In this document: positions 8,062 through 17,650 of the stretch, piece by piece
Numbering within the stretch: the stretch's first letter is position 1
Layout: each line of letters begins with the position of its first letter
Origin: Thermoprotei archaeon
GTDB lineage: Archaea > Thermoproteota > Thermoprotei > Thermofilales > Thermofilaceae
NCBI GenBank assembly: GCA_003649495.1
Contig: QMRZ01000001.1
Location: forward strand, 1 to 35,666
DNA: 35,666 nucleotides
Reading direction: 5' to 3'
The notes under the pieces: model-generated
The model's input: only the letters and a program-made list of their open reading frames with translations
Told to the model about the DNA's origin: nothing
Databases searched by the model: none
Position numbers and translations under genes: made by a program

Positions 8062-8371
8062 TTTCAAACTCTATCTTCCCTACGGGCTTTAGCTCGAAGA
8101 CCTCTATCTCGGCTCTCACGGGTACGAAGACCCCGTCCTTAACATAGTAATACAGCGAGATCCTCCCCGCCTTATCGGACACCCCCTCCTCACTAGTCTT
8201 CTCGACTAGCATCCTGGCTAGTCTAGTCCAGTTCTCCTTTGAGGCCTCCCTAACGTCACCTCTCTCCTTGGAGTAGAATGTTGCGTAGAACCACCTCCTC
8301 ACCTTGCTTATCGCCCCCCTTACTGTGGGGGTTAGCGTGGTTCTAAACACCTTCAGCTCCTCCTGCCCCAT
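8045..8371 (-). CDS. hypothetical protein, 108 aa
   Basis: The composition looks like a real soluble protein. No motif recognised. Confidence 0.5.
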   Translation of the reverse strand: MGQEELKVFRTTLTPTVRGAISKVRRWFYATFYSKERGDVREASKENWTRLARMLVEKTSEEGVSDKAGRISLYYYVKDGVFVPVRAEIEVFELKPVGKIEFEITSEA

Positions 8372-8417
8372 CTCCTCATGAAATTAGCCTCCGAATTATA
8401 TCTCTATCTTCTGAGCC

Positions 8418-8930
8418 TCACCAGGGCCTATCCTTAAGGCCTAACCTGAAGGCGAGGTAGTTCGTGGCTAGGTGTATGGGGGGAGTGAGGAGGAGGAGCA
8501 AGGTTACCGTTAGGGGGCTTAAATCCCCGTACGTCAGCTGGTAGCTTGCCAGCGCTACCACGAGGAATGAGAGCTGGTCCAGCAGGGGCGCTGGGTCACC
8601 ACGCCTTAGCCCTAGCCTCCTCTTGAGAAACGAGCCTAGCGCATCGCCCACCATTGAGCCCATAGAGAGCGTGAAGGCTCTGCTCACATCGCTTAGGCCT
8701 AGAGGGCTCAGCAGCCATCCCATCAGCGTGCCCGCGAGCACTCCTGACACGAAGCCTTCCACGCTCTTGCCATCGCCCAATAGTCTGTGCCCATCCGGGA
8801 GCTTCAGGCCGAAGTCGAGGGGATGGGTACGCCCCAGTAGCTTGGCCACGAGTACTGGAGTCGCATTGGCTATGTAGCAGGGCAGCGCTATAGCCGCCAG
8901 GGACTCGGCCAGCTCCATGGTGAGGCCCAT
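8418..8930 (-). CDS. carS: CDP-archaeol synthase (CDP-2,3-bis-O-geranylgeranyl-sn-glycerol synthase)
   Basis: 170-aa membrane protein. LPCYIANATPVL, LGDGKSVEGF, GDALGSFLKRRLGLRRG..LLDQLSFLVVAL and the C-terminal NYLAFRLGLKDRPW match the CarS (DUF46) pattern as I recall it from the Archaeoglobus enzyme. Confidence 0.85.
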   Translation of the reverse strand: MGLTMELAESLAAIALPCYIANATPVLVAKLLGRTHPLDFGLKLPDGHRLLGDGKSVEGFVSGVLAGTLMGWLLSPLGLSDVSRAFTLSMGSMVGDALGSFLKRRLGLRRGDPAPLLDQLSFLVVALASYQLTYGDLSPLTVTLLLLLTPPIHLATNYLAFRLGLKDRPW

Positions 8931-8964
8931 CGCTTAGGGGAGGATCGCTAGATTAAGCGTTTTC

Positions 8965-9324
8965 GTGCTAAAGCGATTAATAGGCGGCGTGCGACTGTAT
9001 CGCGGGATGGCAGACGCCTTTGTGGAGTTCCTCAGAAGGGAGGCTTCGAGGACTAAGGTGAGGAGGATAGGGTCAGCGCTTTATATAATCGAGGGAGAGA
9101 GGACTGAGAGGAGGTACAGGCTGCCCACGGACTTCATTGACGCGATACTGCTTAGGCGAGAGCCTGGCGAGCACGTAGTTGTTGAGAAGGGCCTCATAAG
9201 GGAGCTGAGGTATCGCATAGATGAGCTAGAGTCAGAGGTGAAGAGGCTTCGGCTTAGGAGTAGGGTGCTGGAGGCCCTCCTGGCAACATGTATCGTAGCC
9301 CTTATTCTCAGCCTGTTTAGGTAG
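8965..9324 (+). CDS. hypothetical coiled-coil protein with a C-terminal TM anchor
   Basis: 119 aa. The charged helical segment IDELESEVKRLRLRSRVLEAL is followed by LATCIVALILSLF. The track start is GTG. An ATG at 9007 is an alternative. The ORF lies 45 nt upstream of the MoxR-like gene. Confidence 0.45.
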   Translation: MLKRLIGGVRLYRGMADAFVEFLRREASRTKVRRIGSALYIIEGERTERRYRLPTDFIDAILLRREPGEHVVVEKGLIRELRYRIDELESEVKRLRLRSRVLEALLATCIVALILSLFR

Positions 9325-9369
9325 CTGGCGCGGCGGCTTTTAATAGCACTGCTCGCTTATCGTGATGGA

Positions 9370-10581
9370 GTGAAGGGGTTAAAGGCGTACGTCAAGCGGC
9401 TGGAGGACGAGGTCAAGCGGAGGTTTGTGGGGAACGAGGAGGCTGTACACGTGTTGACGCTCAACCTACTCCACGAGAGGTCAACAGCTCTCATTAGGGC
9501 TCCGAGGGGGAGGGGTAAGTCCACGCTAATGCTGTTATTCCTGAGGGGGATCTTTGGTGACGACTTCGTCGTCATCTCAGGGGCCTCTGAGATAAAGAGA
9601 GGCGAGGTGATAGCTAGGCTTCACATCCCCTCCCTTGAGAGGGAGGGCGTGGAGAGGGTGATATGGTCTGCCTTTGTAAAAGCACCGGGGAAGGGCATAG
9701 ACGAGGTAAATAGGCTGAATCCCTATACCGCGTCTAACATCTATCACCTACTCCAGTTCGGTGAAGTGTGGGCATATGGGCAACGCTACGTAGTGGGTGA
9801 CTTCGTGTTATTTGCTAATGAGAATCCGGGTGATCCCACTACGTTCACCCACCCGCCTCCTTTCTATGACAGGTTTGATGTCTCCGTCCAACTCTCCGCG
9901 CTTAGCCTGAGTGAGAAGTTCAGGCTCCAGAAGCTGACTGAGAGCTATGGCTCTATCGTGGAATCAATGCCACAGGTAATTGACTTTGATACGCTGAGGG
10001 AGGCGAGGAGGGAGGTGGCAGAGGTGGAGGTCGATGTGGACCTTCGCGCGCTCATGAATGTGCTAGTGAGGGATTTACAGGCCTGTGTCAGAAACAGGGA
10101 CATAAGCCGCGTGAGACCTCCTGCCCTCTGCGAGGGTTGTCACTTCGTACATGGAGTTTGCAGCATGGTTAGGGAGGGGCCGAGTGAGCGCGCAACTCTC
10201 GTACTCCTCAACCTGGCAAAGGCTAAGGAGTGGCTGGACGGGAGCGTAACTGAGGACGACATCTATAGGCTGGCGGTCTACGCCCTGGCTCACAGGATGG
10301 AACTAGTCAGGCATGATAGGGGGGTGGAGGAGCTCGAGAGAGTGCTGAGAAGACAGAGAGAGTTGAACGAGGAGAGGAGGGCTAGGAGGCAGTGGGCTAT
10401 TCTCGAGAGGCTGTACCGAGGATTCAGCAGGGACCTCTACAAGCTGGCGAAGGAGATAGCTGTTGAGGACCTGGTGTTCGCAGAGGAGCTTATGAAGCTT
10501 GAGGAGGAGTGGCTGGCCAAGGGGCTCGTAAGGCCGGAGGAGACTATAAGGCAGAGGCTGATGCTGGATGGTGAGCTTTGA
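9370..10581 (+). CDS. MoxR-like AAA+ ATPase
   Basis: Walker A APRGRGKST and Walker B GIDEVNRL. The C-terminal lid pattern SERATLVLLNLAKAKEWLDGSVTEDDIYRLAVYALAHRM is typical of MoxR. A Cys/His cluster is inserted before the lid. Confidence 0.8.
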   Translation: MKGLKAYVKRLEDEVKRRFVGNEEAVHVLTLNLLHERSTALIRAPRGRGKSTLMLLFLRGIFGDDFVVISGASEIKRGEVIARLHIPSLEREGVERVIWSAFVKAPGKGIDEVNRLNPYTASNIYHLLQFGEVWAYGQRYVVGDFVLFANENPGDPTTFTHPPPFYDRFDVSVQLSALSLSEKFRLQKLTESYGSIVESMPQVIDFDTLREARREVAEVEVDVDLRALMNVLVRDLQACVRNRDISRVRPPALCEGCHFVHGVCSMVREGPSERATLVLLNLAKAKEWLDGSVTEDDIYRLAVYALAHRMELVRHDRGVEELERVLRRQRELNEERRARRQWAILERLYRGFSRDLYKLAKEIAVEDLVFAEELMKLEEEWLAKGLVRPEETIRQRLMLDGEL

Positions 10582-12268
10582 CGAGGTAACAGAGCTCTTC
10601 AATAGGGCTCGCGCCGAGATGTTCCTCCCACCAATGGACGTCAGAGTGGAGGCGTGGGAGGGACGGGTAGAGGTTAGCGTAAGGGGCAGAGTCGCCCAGG
10701 TCCGGGTGCCTAGGCGCTTACTGGGGGATCCGGAGGGCGGTCCGTTACTGCTCTGGTACTTCAGGCACCACTTGGCTCACATGCATTACTGTCCCTACAA
10801 CCTGAGAACTGTGCAGACCCTCGCCAGGGCAGCTTATGAGGAAGTCAGGAGCTGGAGGCATGCTCACAACGCTGTCAGGTTATTCTCCGATCTGCAGGTG
10901 GACCTCCTCTACCTGCCCCTGAGGTACAAGCGTCCGCCACTCCACATCTCGGATGAGTTCTACTCGAGGCCCAGGGGGCTGGATGCGCTGCGCTACGCTG
11001 CCTATCGACATGTGTACGGGGACATGCTCAGGGGGCATAGGCTGGACAAGGATACCTTGTTCTACGGGTCCCTACTTGCCGAGGTCATACTGAGCTCCAG
11101 GCCATGGGTGGCTAAGGTGAAGGCCGTCGCTACAGTGCTCAGGAGATTGCAGGACCTGGGTAGGGTGAAGGAGTTGAGGAAGCGCGCTGGCAGCGACGTG
11201 CCTCTCTCTGAGGACTTGGAGATAGACTTCCTCAGGGAGGCTAGGAGAGCGATGAGAGGGATAAGGAGCGAGGAGGAGGCTAGGGAGATGTTCGAGCACT
11301 GGCTCAGAGGGAGGGTGGACGTGGAGGAGCTGAAGGAAGAGTTAAAGAAGGCGATCAGGGGAGCGCGGAGGGGGCGGGAGGAGAAGGTTGAGGCACCCAC
11401 TCCTGGCCGCGGGAGGGAGGGTGAGGAGCCCGAGCTGCCATCCACGCTCTCTAAGCCGCTGACTAAGTTGGGCGATCTTGAGGAGGCTATCTGGAGGGCG
11501 CTATGGTATAGAGCTCGCGCCGAGGAGTTCATAATAAGGTACGGCGGGAGGCGCAGGAGGGGTACTTGGGCCATATACGCGTACCCCGACTTGTGGATGG
11601 TTGAGGATGATATAGAGGACTTAGATGTGGAGTCGAGTCTGGAGGAGGGCCCGCTAATCCCGGAGGAGACGACGCTGAAGCCTATTAACCTACCCTCCCC
11701 CTCAGGCGAGGTGATAGTACAGGAGAGAGCGCCCACAGTATTGGTGGTGCTGGACACTAGCAAGAGCATGTTGAGGGCTGTCGAGGACGCAGCGATCGCC
11801 GCCTTTACAGCTTATTTAAGCGCTAAGCGTGCTGGCGGCAGGACGGCCGTGATAAACTTCTCGACTAAGTACCTGGCAGTTGGGTGGGGCGAGCCGGACA
11901 TTAGGAAGGAGCTAGCCCTGGCCTTCGCTCAAGGTGAGCTCACGATACTCCCCCTAGGGGGCATTAAGCGGCTGATAAGCGAACTGGAGCCAGGCGAGGA
12001 GGTGATGATAATAATAGTTACTGACTGTGGATGGCAGAACTTGAGGGAGGCGCTGGGATTCCTCGAGGATCTAGCCTCTAGGGGGCATCGCGTAGTGGTC
12101 CTCCACATTGAGGGGTGGAAGTATCCTAAGAGCGTTGAGGCGGTAGCGAGGAGTAGGAGGCTCACCCTTTATAGAGTTAAGGAGCCTTCAATGCTCAAGT
12201 ACCTGACGCTAACTGAAACGCTGGGGGAGAGACAGCCTTTTAAGACTTGGCAAGCGCGTTCTCGATAG
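10568..12268 (+). CDS. VWA-domain protein with an N-terminal zincin-like (HHxxH) domain; MoxR partner
   Basis: 566 aa. The C-terminal VWA has the MIDAS motif VLDTSKSM (DxSxS) and IIIVTDCGW. The N-terminal part carries FRHHLAHMHYCPYN. A charged linker joins the two parts. The start overlaps the MoxR gene by 14 nt. Confidence 0.8.
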   Translation: MVSFDEVTELFNRARAEMFLPPMDVRVEAWEGRVEVSVRGRVAQVRVPRRLLGDPEGGPLLLWYFRHHLAHMHYCPYNLRTVQTLARAAYEEVRSWRHAHNAVRLFSDLQVDLLYLPLRYKRPPLHISDEFYSRPRGLDALRYAAYRHVYGDMLRGHRLDKDTLFYGSLLAEVILSSRPWVAKVKAVATVLRRLQDLGRVKELRKRAGSDVPLSEDLEIDFLREARRAMRGIRSEEEAREMFEHWLRGRVDVEELKEELKKAIRGARRGREEKVEAPTPGRGREGEEPELPSTLSKPLTKLGDLEEAIWRALWYRARAEEFIIRYGGRRRRGTWAIYAYPDLWMVEDDIEDLDVESSLEEGPLIPEETTLKPINLPSPSGEVIVQERAPTVLVVLDTSKSMLRAVEDAAIAAFTAYLSAKRAGGRTAVINFSTKYLAVGWGEPDIRKELALAFAQGELTILPLGGIKRLISELEPGEEVMIIIVTDCGWQNLREALGFLEDLASRGHRVVVLHIEGWKYPKSVEAVARSRRLTLYRVKEPSMLKYLTLTETLGERQPFKTWQARSR

Positions 12269-12282
12269 CCGATGAGGGACCT

Positions 12283-15018
12283 TCAGTGGGCTGAGCGGTG
12301 ACGAGTACCCGGCAAGGCCGAGGTGAGGGTAACTGGTGTAGCGCGCTCAACTACTGAGCCGGTAGCAGTCTTCCTGACTCGTAACACCACGTCAGCCGCC
12401 TCCTCAAGCTCGCTATCATGTGTAACCAGCACTAGTTGGGGGAACTCATTCCCCTTAGCTCCGAAGAGCCTCCTTATAGCGGTCACCAGCCTCCTCCTCC
12501 TAACATCGTCTAGATGCACTGTAGGCTCGTCGAGCAGCATTACGCCTACCCGCCCTCCTGAGAGGGCTTTGGCTATGGCGAGTCTCAGCGCTAGGGCTAG
12601 CGCCACCTTCTCGCCTCCACTGACGGTGTCCACAGACCTAGCGCCCTCACTGTCCACCACTAACACCTCATAATCGTCGTTCAGCTTCACATCAAGCAGG
12701 TCTAGCTCGAACAGCGATGCGAAGGCACGCAAGTGTCTCTCTACCAGAGGCCTAGCCCTCGCTCTAAGTTCCCTCTGAAGCCCATCCTTGCTTATCAACA
12801 CTCTAATCCTTCTCAGGAGTTCTATGAAGCGCTCCAGCTCCCGCACCCTAGCTCTCCTCGACTCAAGCTCCCTCAGCTCCTTCTTCAGCCTCTCCACCTC
12901 CCCTCTGATGTTCTTTAAACGTTCGTAGAGGAGCTCTAGCTCACGCTTAGCGGCCTGAGCCCTCCCTATAAGCTCGCTCTTTCTCTCCTCTAGCTCACTG
13001 ACCTCCTCCTCCAGTTTCCCAAGCCTCTCACGCTCCTTCTCGAGCGATGCTAGCTGGCTTTTAGCTTCACGCAGCTTCTCCTCGAGCTCCGCCAAGGCTC
13101 CTCTAAGCTCGTTTACGCTCGAGGCAATGCGCCTCAGCAACTCCACCTTGCCCTTAGCCTCCCTCACGAGCTTCACAGCCTCCTCTGGATCTCCAAACTT
13201 GCCTAGCACGCTGGCCAGCTCGCGCCTCCTCTCCTCAAGTGCCGTCACCCTGCTCCTGAAGGCTTTTAACCTCTCCTCAAGCTCCTTTACTCGCTTAGCG
13301 TGCTCAGCGAGCCTGGCCCACTCTATCCTGAGCTCCTCAAGCTCCCTAAGCCTACGCTCTATAGCGTGGCGCGAGGGCTCTGTGACCCCTAGGGCCTGGA
13401 GCTCTGGGGTGAGCCTCCTCAGCTCCTCCACGAGCCCAGCTCTCTCCCGCGAGATGCGCTCTATCTTCTCAGCGAGCACGCGCATCTTAGCTGGATCGAG
13501 CCTGGAGGCAGTCTTCATCTTGGCCTCAACCCCTTCTAGCTCTCGACTCAGCTCCTCCTCCTTCTCGTTAAGTGCCCTGGCGCGTAGGTGTAGCTCCTCT
13601 AGGCTCTCACTGTAGAGCCTCAGGAGCGCCTCCTTTCTCTCTACAGGGAGGGGAGATCCGCATAGCGGGCATCTATCACCAGCTTTCTCGAGCTCCGCTC
13701 TCCACCTCTCCAGCTGAGCTATTAAGGCGTCCACCCTCCTTGCCTCGCTCCTCAAAGCCTCTAGCTTGCGCCTAAGCTCCTCCCCTCTCCTCTCGAGCTC
13801 CTCCTGTAGAGCAGATACCTCGTCGGCAGCCTCCTTGAGGTTGACTCGCCTCCCTACTACAAGGCTGCACTCCTCAAGAAGGGCCTTAGCTTGCTCCTCA
13901 AGGCTTTTAAGCTCAGTCGCCTTAGCTGTGTACTGAAGGGTTAGCTCCTCGAACTTCCTCTTCACTTGTAAAAGCCTTCGGTAGGCCTCATCGACCCATG
14001 AGAGCTTTAAGGCTCTCTCAGAAGCTTCCCTAGCCCTCCTCAGCTCAAGCTCGAGCTCCTCAACCCGCTGTAGCTCTACCTCAAGGCTGCTCATTAAGCT
14101 CGCGTACTCCTCTGCCACGCGCTCCAGCTTGAGTAGGTCCTCAACTACCGCTAGCTCCCTCTTAGCGGCCTGCGCCTGAGAGAGTAGTTCGCTGAGCTCC
14201 CTCCGCTTAGCCTCTAGGCTCTGGACCCGCTCGGAGAGTATGGCTGCCCTCCTCTTAATCTCCTCAAGCTTCCTAACCGCCTCCATGCGGCTCTTAAGCT
14301 TCTCTCCAACCTCCTTGAGCTCTCTGAGCGTACGCTGATACGAGCGTTCAACCTCGGCTATCTTACGCTTAATCTCCCTTTCCTCATAGGCCAGGCGCTC
14401 CAGCTCCTCCCTAACTCTCTCAGCGCCAGCCAGCTCCGCCCTCTCCCTCTCCAACTTTAGCTCGAACTGCTTTATCAGGAGGGCCATGGCGCTATACGCC
14501 TTCTCGAGCTCCTCCACACCCAGGAGCTTGGATATCAGCTGTTTCCTCTGGTAAGGGTCGACGTCTAGGAGGCGCGATATCTCGCCCTGCCTCACGTATA
14601 CTGCTGTCAGGAACATCTGCCTGTCCATCCCCAGAATCCTCCTAACCTCTCTATCGACTTGTGTAGGGGAGTAGGCCAGTAGCTTCCTGCTATCCCCATC
14701 TAGGGCGTAGAGCCTGGCGTCGCTAACTGCCCTCCCCCTGGCTCTACGTCTTATCTCCCTCTCCACCAGGAATCTGCGACCGCTTACCTCAAACTCTAGC
14801 CTAACTAATGCCCGGGACGCGCCACGCCTGATGAGTGAGTGTAGGCCGCCTCTGCCAGCCTCCCTGTACAGGGCGAAGCATATTGCGTCCAGTAGCGAGC
14901 TTTTGCCAGCTCCATTCTCCCCGACAATGGCTATAGAGCCCTCGGGAAATTCTATGTGTGTCCTCCTGTATGATAGGAAATCCTCCAGCTCGAGGCGCCT
15001 GATGATCATAGCTTCCAC
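12283..15018 (-). CDS. rad50: Rad50 DNA double-strand-break repair ATPase
   Basis: 911 aa. N-terminal Walker A GENGAGKSS. Long heptad coiled coil with the zinc hook GDRCPLCGSP (about 13652-13680). Signature SGGEKVALALALRLA and Walker B VMLLDEPTVHLD. Confidence 0.95.
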   Translation of the reverse strand: MEAMIIRRLELEDFLSYRRTHIEFPEGSIAIVGENGAGKSSLLDAICFALYREAGRGGLHSLIRRGASRALVRLEFEVSGRRFLVEREIRRRARGRAVSDARLYALDGDSRKLLAYSPTQVDREVRRILGMDRQMFLTAVYVRQGEISRLLDVDPYQRKQLISKLLGVEELEKAYSAMALLIKQFELKLERERAELAGAERVREELERLAYEEREIKRKIAEVERSYQRTLRELKEVGEKLKSRMEAVRKLEEIKRRAAILSERVQSLEAKRRELSELLSQAQAAKRELAVVEDLLKLERVAEEYASLMSSLEVELQRVEELELELRRAREASERALKLSWVDEAYRRLLQVKRKFEELTLQYTAKATELKSLEEQAKALLEECSLVVGRRVNLKEAADEVSALQEELERRGEELRRKLEALRSEARRVDALIAQLERWRAELEKAGDRCPLCGSPLPVERKEALLRLYSESLEELHLRARALNEKEEELSRELEGVEAKMKTASRLDPAKMRVLAEKIERISRERAGLVEELRRLTPELQALGVTEPSRHAIERRLRELEELRIEWARLAEHAKRVKELEERLKAFRSRVTALEERRRELASVLGKFGDPEEAVKLVREAKGKVELLRRIASSVNELRGALAELEEKLREAKSQLASLEKERERLGKLEEEVSELEERKSELIGRAQAAKRELELLYERLKNIRGEVERLKKELRELESRRARVRELERFIELLRRIRVLISKDGLQRELRARARPLVERHLRAFASLFELDLLDVKLNDDYEVLVVDSEGARSVDTVSGGEKVALALALRLAIAKALSGGRVGVMLLDEPTVHLDDVRRRRLVTAIRRLFGAKGNEFPQLVLVTHDSELEEAADVVLRVRKTATGSVVERATPVTLTSALPGTRHRSAH

Positions 15019-16157
15019 CTCTTCCAGACACCCTCCTCGAATACCCTCTCGGCCTCCTTCACTGCCTCCTTAAAGCTCTCTTCATCACCTCTGCTTAGAA
15101 GCTCCACCAGTGTCCGAACGAAGGAGTACAGCGAGGGATCCTTGAGTCTTTCTCTCAAGAGGTCGTCGATGGATAAGCTCTCGATGGTCTCCACAGTCTC
15201 GCTCTCACCTTCTTCGATAAGGTGAATACGCACGTGTAGCGAGTAACTGGCCAGCGCTCTGGCGAGGAGCTTCTCGACACGCCCCCTCTCCACTCCGCTC
15301 CCCCTTACTTTGAGGTGTACTAATGGCTTTCTGCCGCTAAGCCTCCTCACCTCAGCTAGTATGTGAGCTCTCTGCCTCTCAAGATCCTCATACCTAACCT
15401 CGTACACCAGCTGAGGCCTCACCGACTCGAGCTTAATGAAGTGGAGTATGGGCTCATCCCCGGATAGATCGACTATGTAAAAGCCCCTCTCACTGCTCCT
15501 AATTACCTCTTGGACGTCAAGGTACTCTATTGAGCCAGGATAAGCCACGACCAGCCCCTCACGCTTAATGACGTAGGGATGGTGGAGGTGGCCCATGGCG
15601 TAGTAGTGGAAGCCGCGCGGCAGCTCACTTAAGCTGAGTTCGCTTATCATGGGGTGGGCCTCTCTGAGCGCCTGGTGCAGGAGTAAGATCCTCTTCCCAC
15701 TTCTCCTGGCGGCCTCAGCCTCGATCTTCGCTAACCGTCTCAGGAGGTCGCCCCTGAAGGTGGCTGGGATATATTCCAGCCCAGCTATGCAGAGCCCGTC
15801 TGCCTCTACGACGGGCTGGTTGCGGCTCAGCATCACGAGCCCTAGGTAGTCGAAGAGCACTAAGGGAGTTAACCCTCGCCTCCTAAGCATGTCGTGGCCG
15901 CCTGGGACGGCGTAGAACTTGACGCCAGCGCCATGCAGCTTCTTGAGTTCTTCCTGGAAGACCTTGAGTGCCCTTATTGGGGGCCGTGGGCTGTGAAACA
16001 CATCACCGCTGTGCAGCACAATTCTCACGTGTTCCTCAAGTATCCTGTCTACCGCCTCTCTGAAGCACTCGTATACGTCCAGCTCCCGTTCCTCAAGGCC
16101 GTACTGGGACGCCCCCAGGTGGGTATCGGCTAGGTGTGCGATTAGCATGGTTACCAC
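15006..16157 (-). CDS. mre11: Mre11 nuclease
   Basis: Phosphoesterase motifs IAHLADTHLG, HSGDVFH, GGHD and MGHLHH. Overlaps herA by 7 nt and rad50 by 13 nt. Confidence 0.95.
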   Translation of the reverse strand: MVTMLIAHLADTHLGASQYGLEERELDVYECFREAVDRILEEHVRIVLHSGDVFHSPRPPIRALKVFQEELKKLHGAGVKFYAVPGGHDMLRRRGLTPLVLFDYLGLVMLSRNQPVVEADGLCIAGLEYIPATFRGDLLRRLAKIEAEAARRSGKRILLLHQALREAHPMISELSLSELPRGFHYYAMGHLHHPYVIKREGLVVAYPGSIEYLDVQEVIRSSERGFYIVDLSGDEPILHFIKLESVRPQLVYEVRYEDLERQRAHILAEVRRLSGRKPLVHLKVRGSGVERGRVEKLLARALASYSLHVRIHLIEEGESETVETIESLSIDDLLRERLKDPSLYSFVRTLVELLSRGDEESFKEAVKEAERVFEEGVWKRWKL

Positions 16158-17650
16158 CCTTCTCTCAAGTAGTCCAATTCTGGCTCTGGGTTTAGCGCCT
16201 TAGCCCACTCCGCGAGCACATCCAGGTCTTCGCCGAGCCTCCTTCCCCTGAATCTGTCTATCTTAACGAGGGCGGGCACCTTGATCATGGGGCCTATGAC
16301 TACGGCCTCTCCCACGTTGAGTGATGAGAGCTGCTCGAGCAGGTCCTCGCTCAGGAGCTCACTGGCCTGCTGCACATACCTCTGATCGCTGGGCTCCACC
16401 AGGCGGAGGATTATCATGTTGTTGGCTTGGGATAGTGCGTCGGAGTCTAAGGCCTTAGGCCTCTGGCTGACTAGGCACAGCCCTATCCCGAACTTGCGCC
16501 CTTCCCTAGCTATCCTCCCTATCCAGTACTTGGAGAGGGTGTCCCTCCCCCGCGGGGCCAGTATGTGTGCTTCCTCAAGCACCGTGAGCAGGGGGTAGGG
16601 CAAGCCCCCGCCACCCTGGAAGTAGCGCTTCCTAGCCTCCAGCACGCTGCGCAGAGTGTGGCTGACTACCACGTCAGCCATCTCCTCGTCTAGGCGCCCC
16701 AGGTCAATGACGTTCACGGCCCCAACCCTGATCTGGCTGGTGATGGGCGGGGCCAGGGGATCGAGGAGCTCTGAGTACCTCTCCTCAAACGCTTCCATCT
16801 TGTTAAGTACTGCCATTACACTCTCCCTATCCCTCTTGGGTCTTCGCCCCTCTCCCATCTCCTCGAGCATTTCCTCCAGCTTCCTTCTGATGTAGTACAG
16901 GAACTTCTCAGGCGGTATGGCGGAGCTGTAGACCTTATTTCTGGCTTCCCTAAGTGCCTCCCTGAAATATCTCTCCTGGACGTAGGCCTTAGCATCTATG
17001 TTTAACAGCTTGAGTAGCTCAGAGGCATGCATGTACACTGGGTTAAGCTTAGCTGCTACCTGGTTCAGCTTGACTGAGAACTCAGCGGAGGAATACTCGG
17101 AGTGCATGTCGAATATGAGGACGCAGCCTCCCCTCTCAACTATCCTCTCAGCTATCACCGCTACCGTGTTAGACTTGCCAGCGCCCGTGACGGCTAGAAT
17201 CGCCAGGTGCCTGGATACCAGTCTATTGACATCGACGTAGACTGGGATATTGGGCTCTGAGAGGAGGACGCCTATCCTTATCCCCCTGCCGTCATCACCA
17301 AATATCCTGGATAACACCTCCTGGTCGGCTCGGAGGAGCTCAGTGCCCGGGGGCGGAGGGGTACGGGGTAGCTCGAGGGTTTCTACATCCCCCACTATCT
17401 TGACCTCTCCCTTGAGGTAGCTCGTGGAGCTCCTATCCAGCTCCCTAAGCCTCTCAACGATTAGGGGGTCGTGTACGTCCTCTGTTAGCGACACGCTACC
17501 CCTAACTAGCGCCTTGACGAGCCCGAGTACTCGCCGCCCGTCGTACTCTAGTACCACGTATTGCCCCACCCTAGGGGTAGCCTTAGAGATGAAGGTGGCG
17601 CGTGTTATCGTGGCCTCTCCTATTGTGTAGCCTATCACCTCCCGCCCCAT
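16151..17650 (-). CDS. herA: HerA hexameric DNA helicase/translocase (FtsK-HerA superfamily)
   Basis: 499 aa. N-terminal HAS-barrel-like region, Walker A LAVTGAGKSNT, and LTVLEEAH. Position is between nurA and mre11. Confidence 0.9.
   Translation of the reverse strand: MGREVIGYTIGEATITRATFISKATPRVGQYVVLEYDGRRVLGLVKALVRGSVSLTEDVHDPLIVERLRELDRSSTSYLKGEVKIVGDVETLELPRTPPPPGTELLRADQEVLSRIFGDDGRGIRIGVLLSEPNIPVYVDVNRLVSRHLAILAVTGAGKSNTVAVIAERIVERGGCVLIFDMHSEYSSAEFSVKLNQVAAKLNPVYMHASELLKLLNIDAKAYVQERYFREALREARNKVYSSAIPPEKFLYYIRRKLEEMLEEMGEGRRPKRDRESVMAVLNKMEAFEERYSELLDPLAPPITSQIRVGAVNVIDLGRLDEEMADVVVSHTLRSVLEARKRYFQGGGGLPYPLLTVLEEAHILAPRGRDTLSKYWIGRIAREGRKFGIGLCLVSQRPKALDSDALSQANNMIILRLVEPSDQRYVQQASELLSEDLLEQLSSLNVGEAVVIGPMIKVPALVKIDRFRGRRLGEDLDVLAEWAKALNPEPELDYLREGW

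Noticed and set aside
11062-11769. 235-aa antisense ORF inside the VWA gene
   Set aside because: It is Ser/Leu-rich low-complexity sequence, the mirror image of a Glu/Arg/Leu-rich coding strand. The sense ORF has clear VWA motifs.
13127-13615. 162-aa antisense ORF (and others) inside rad50
   Set aside because: It is an artefact of the repetitive GAG/CTC-rich coiled-coil coding sequence. The translation is Ser/Leu low-complexity.
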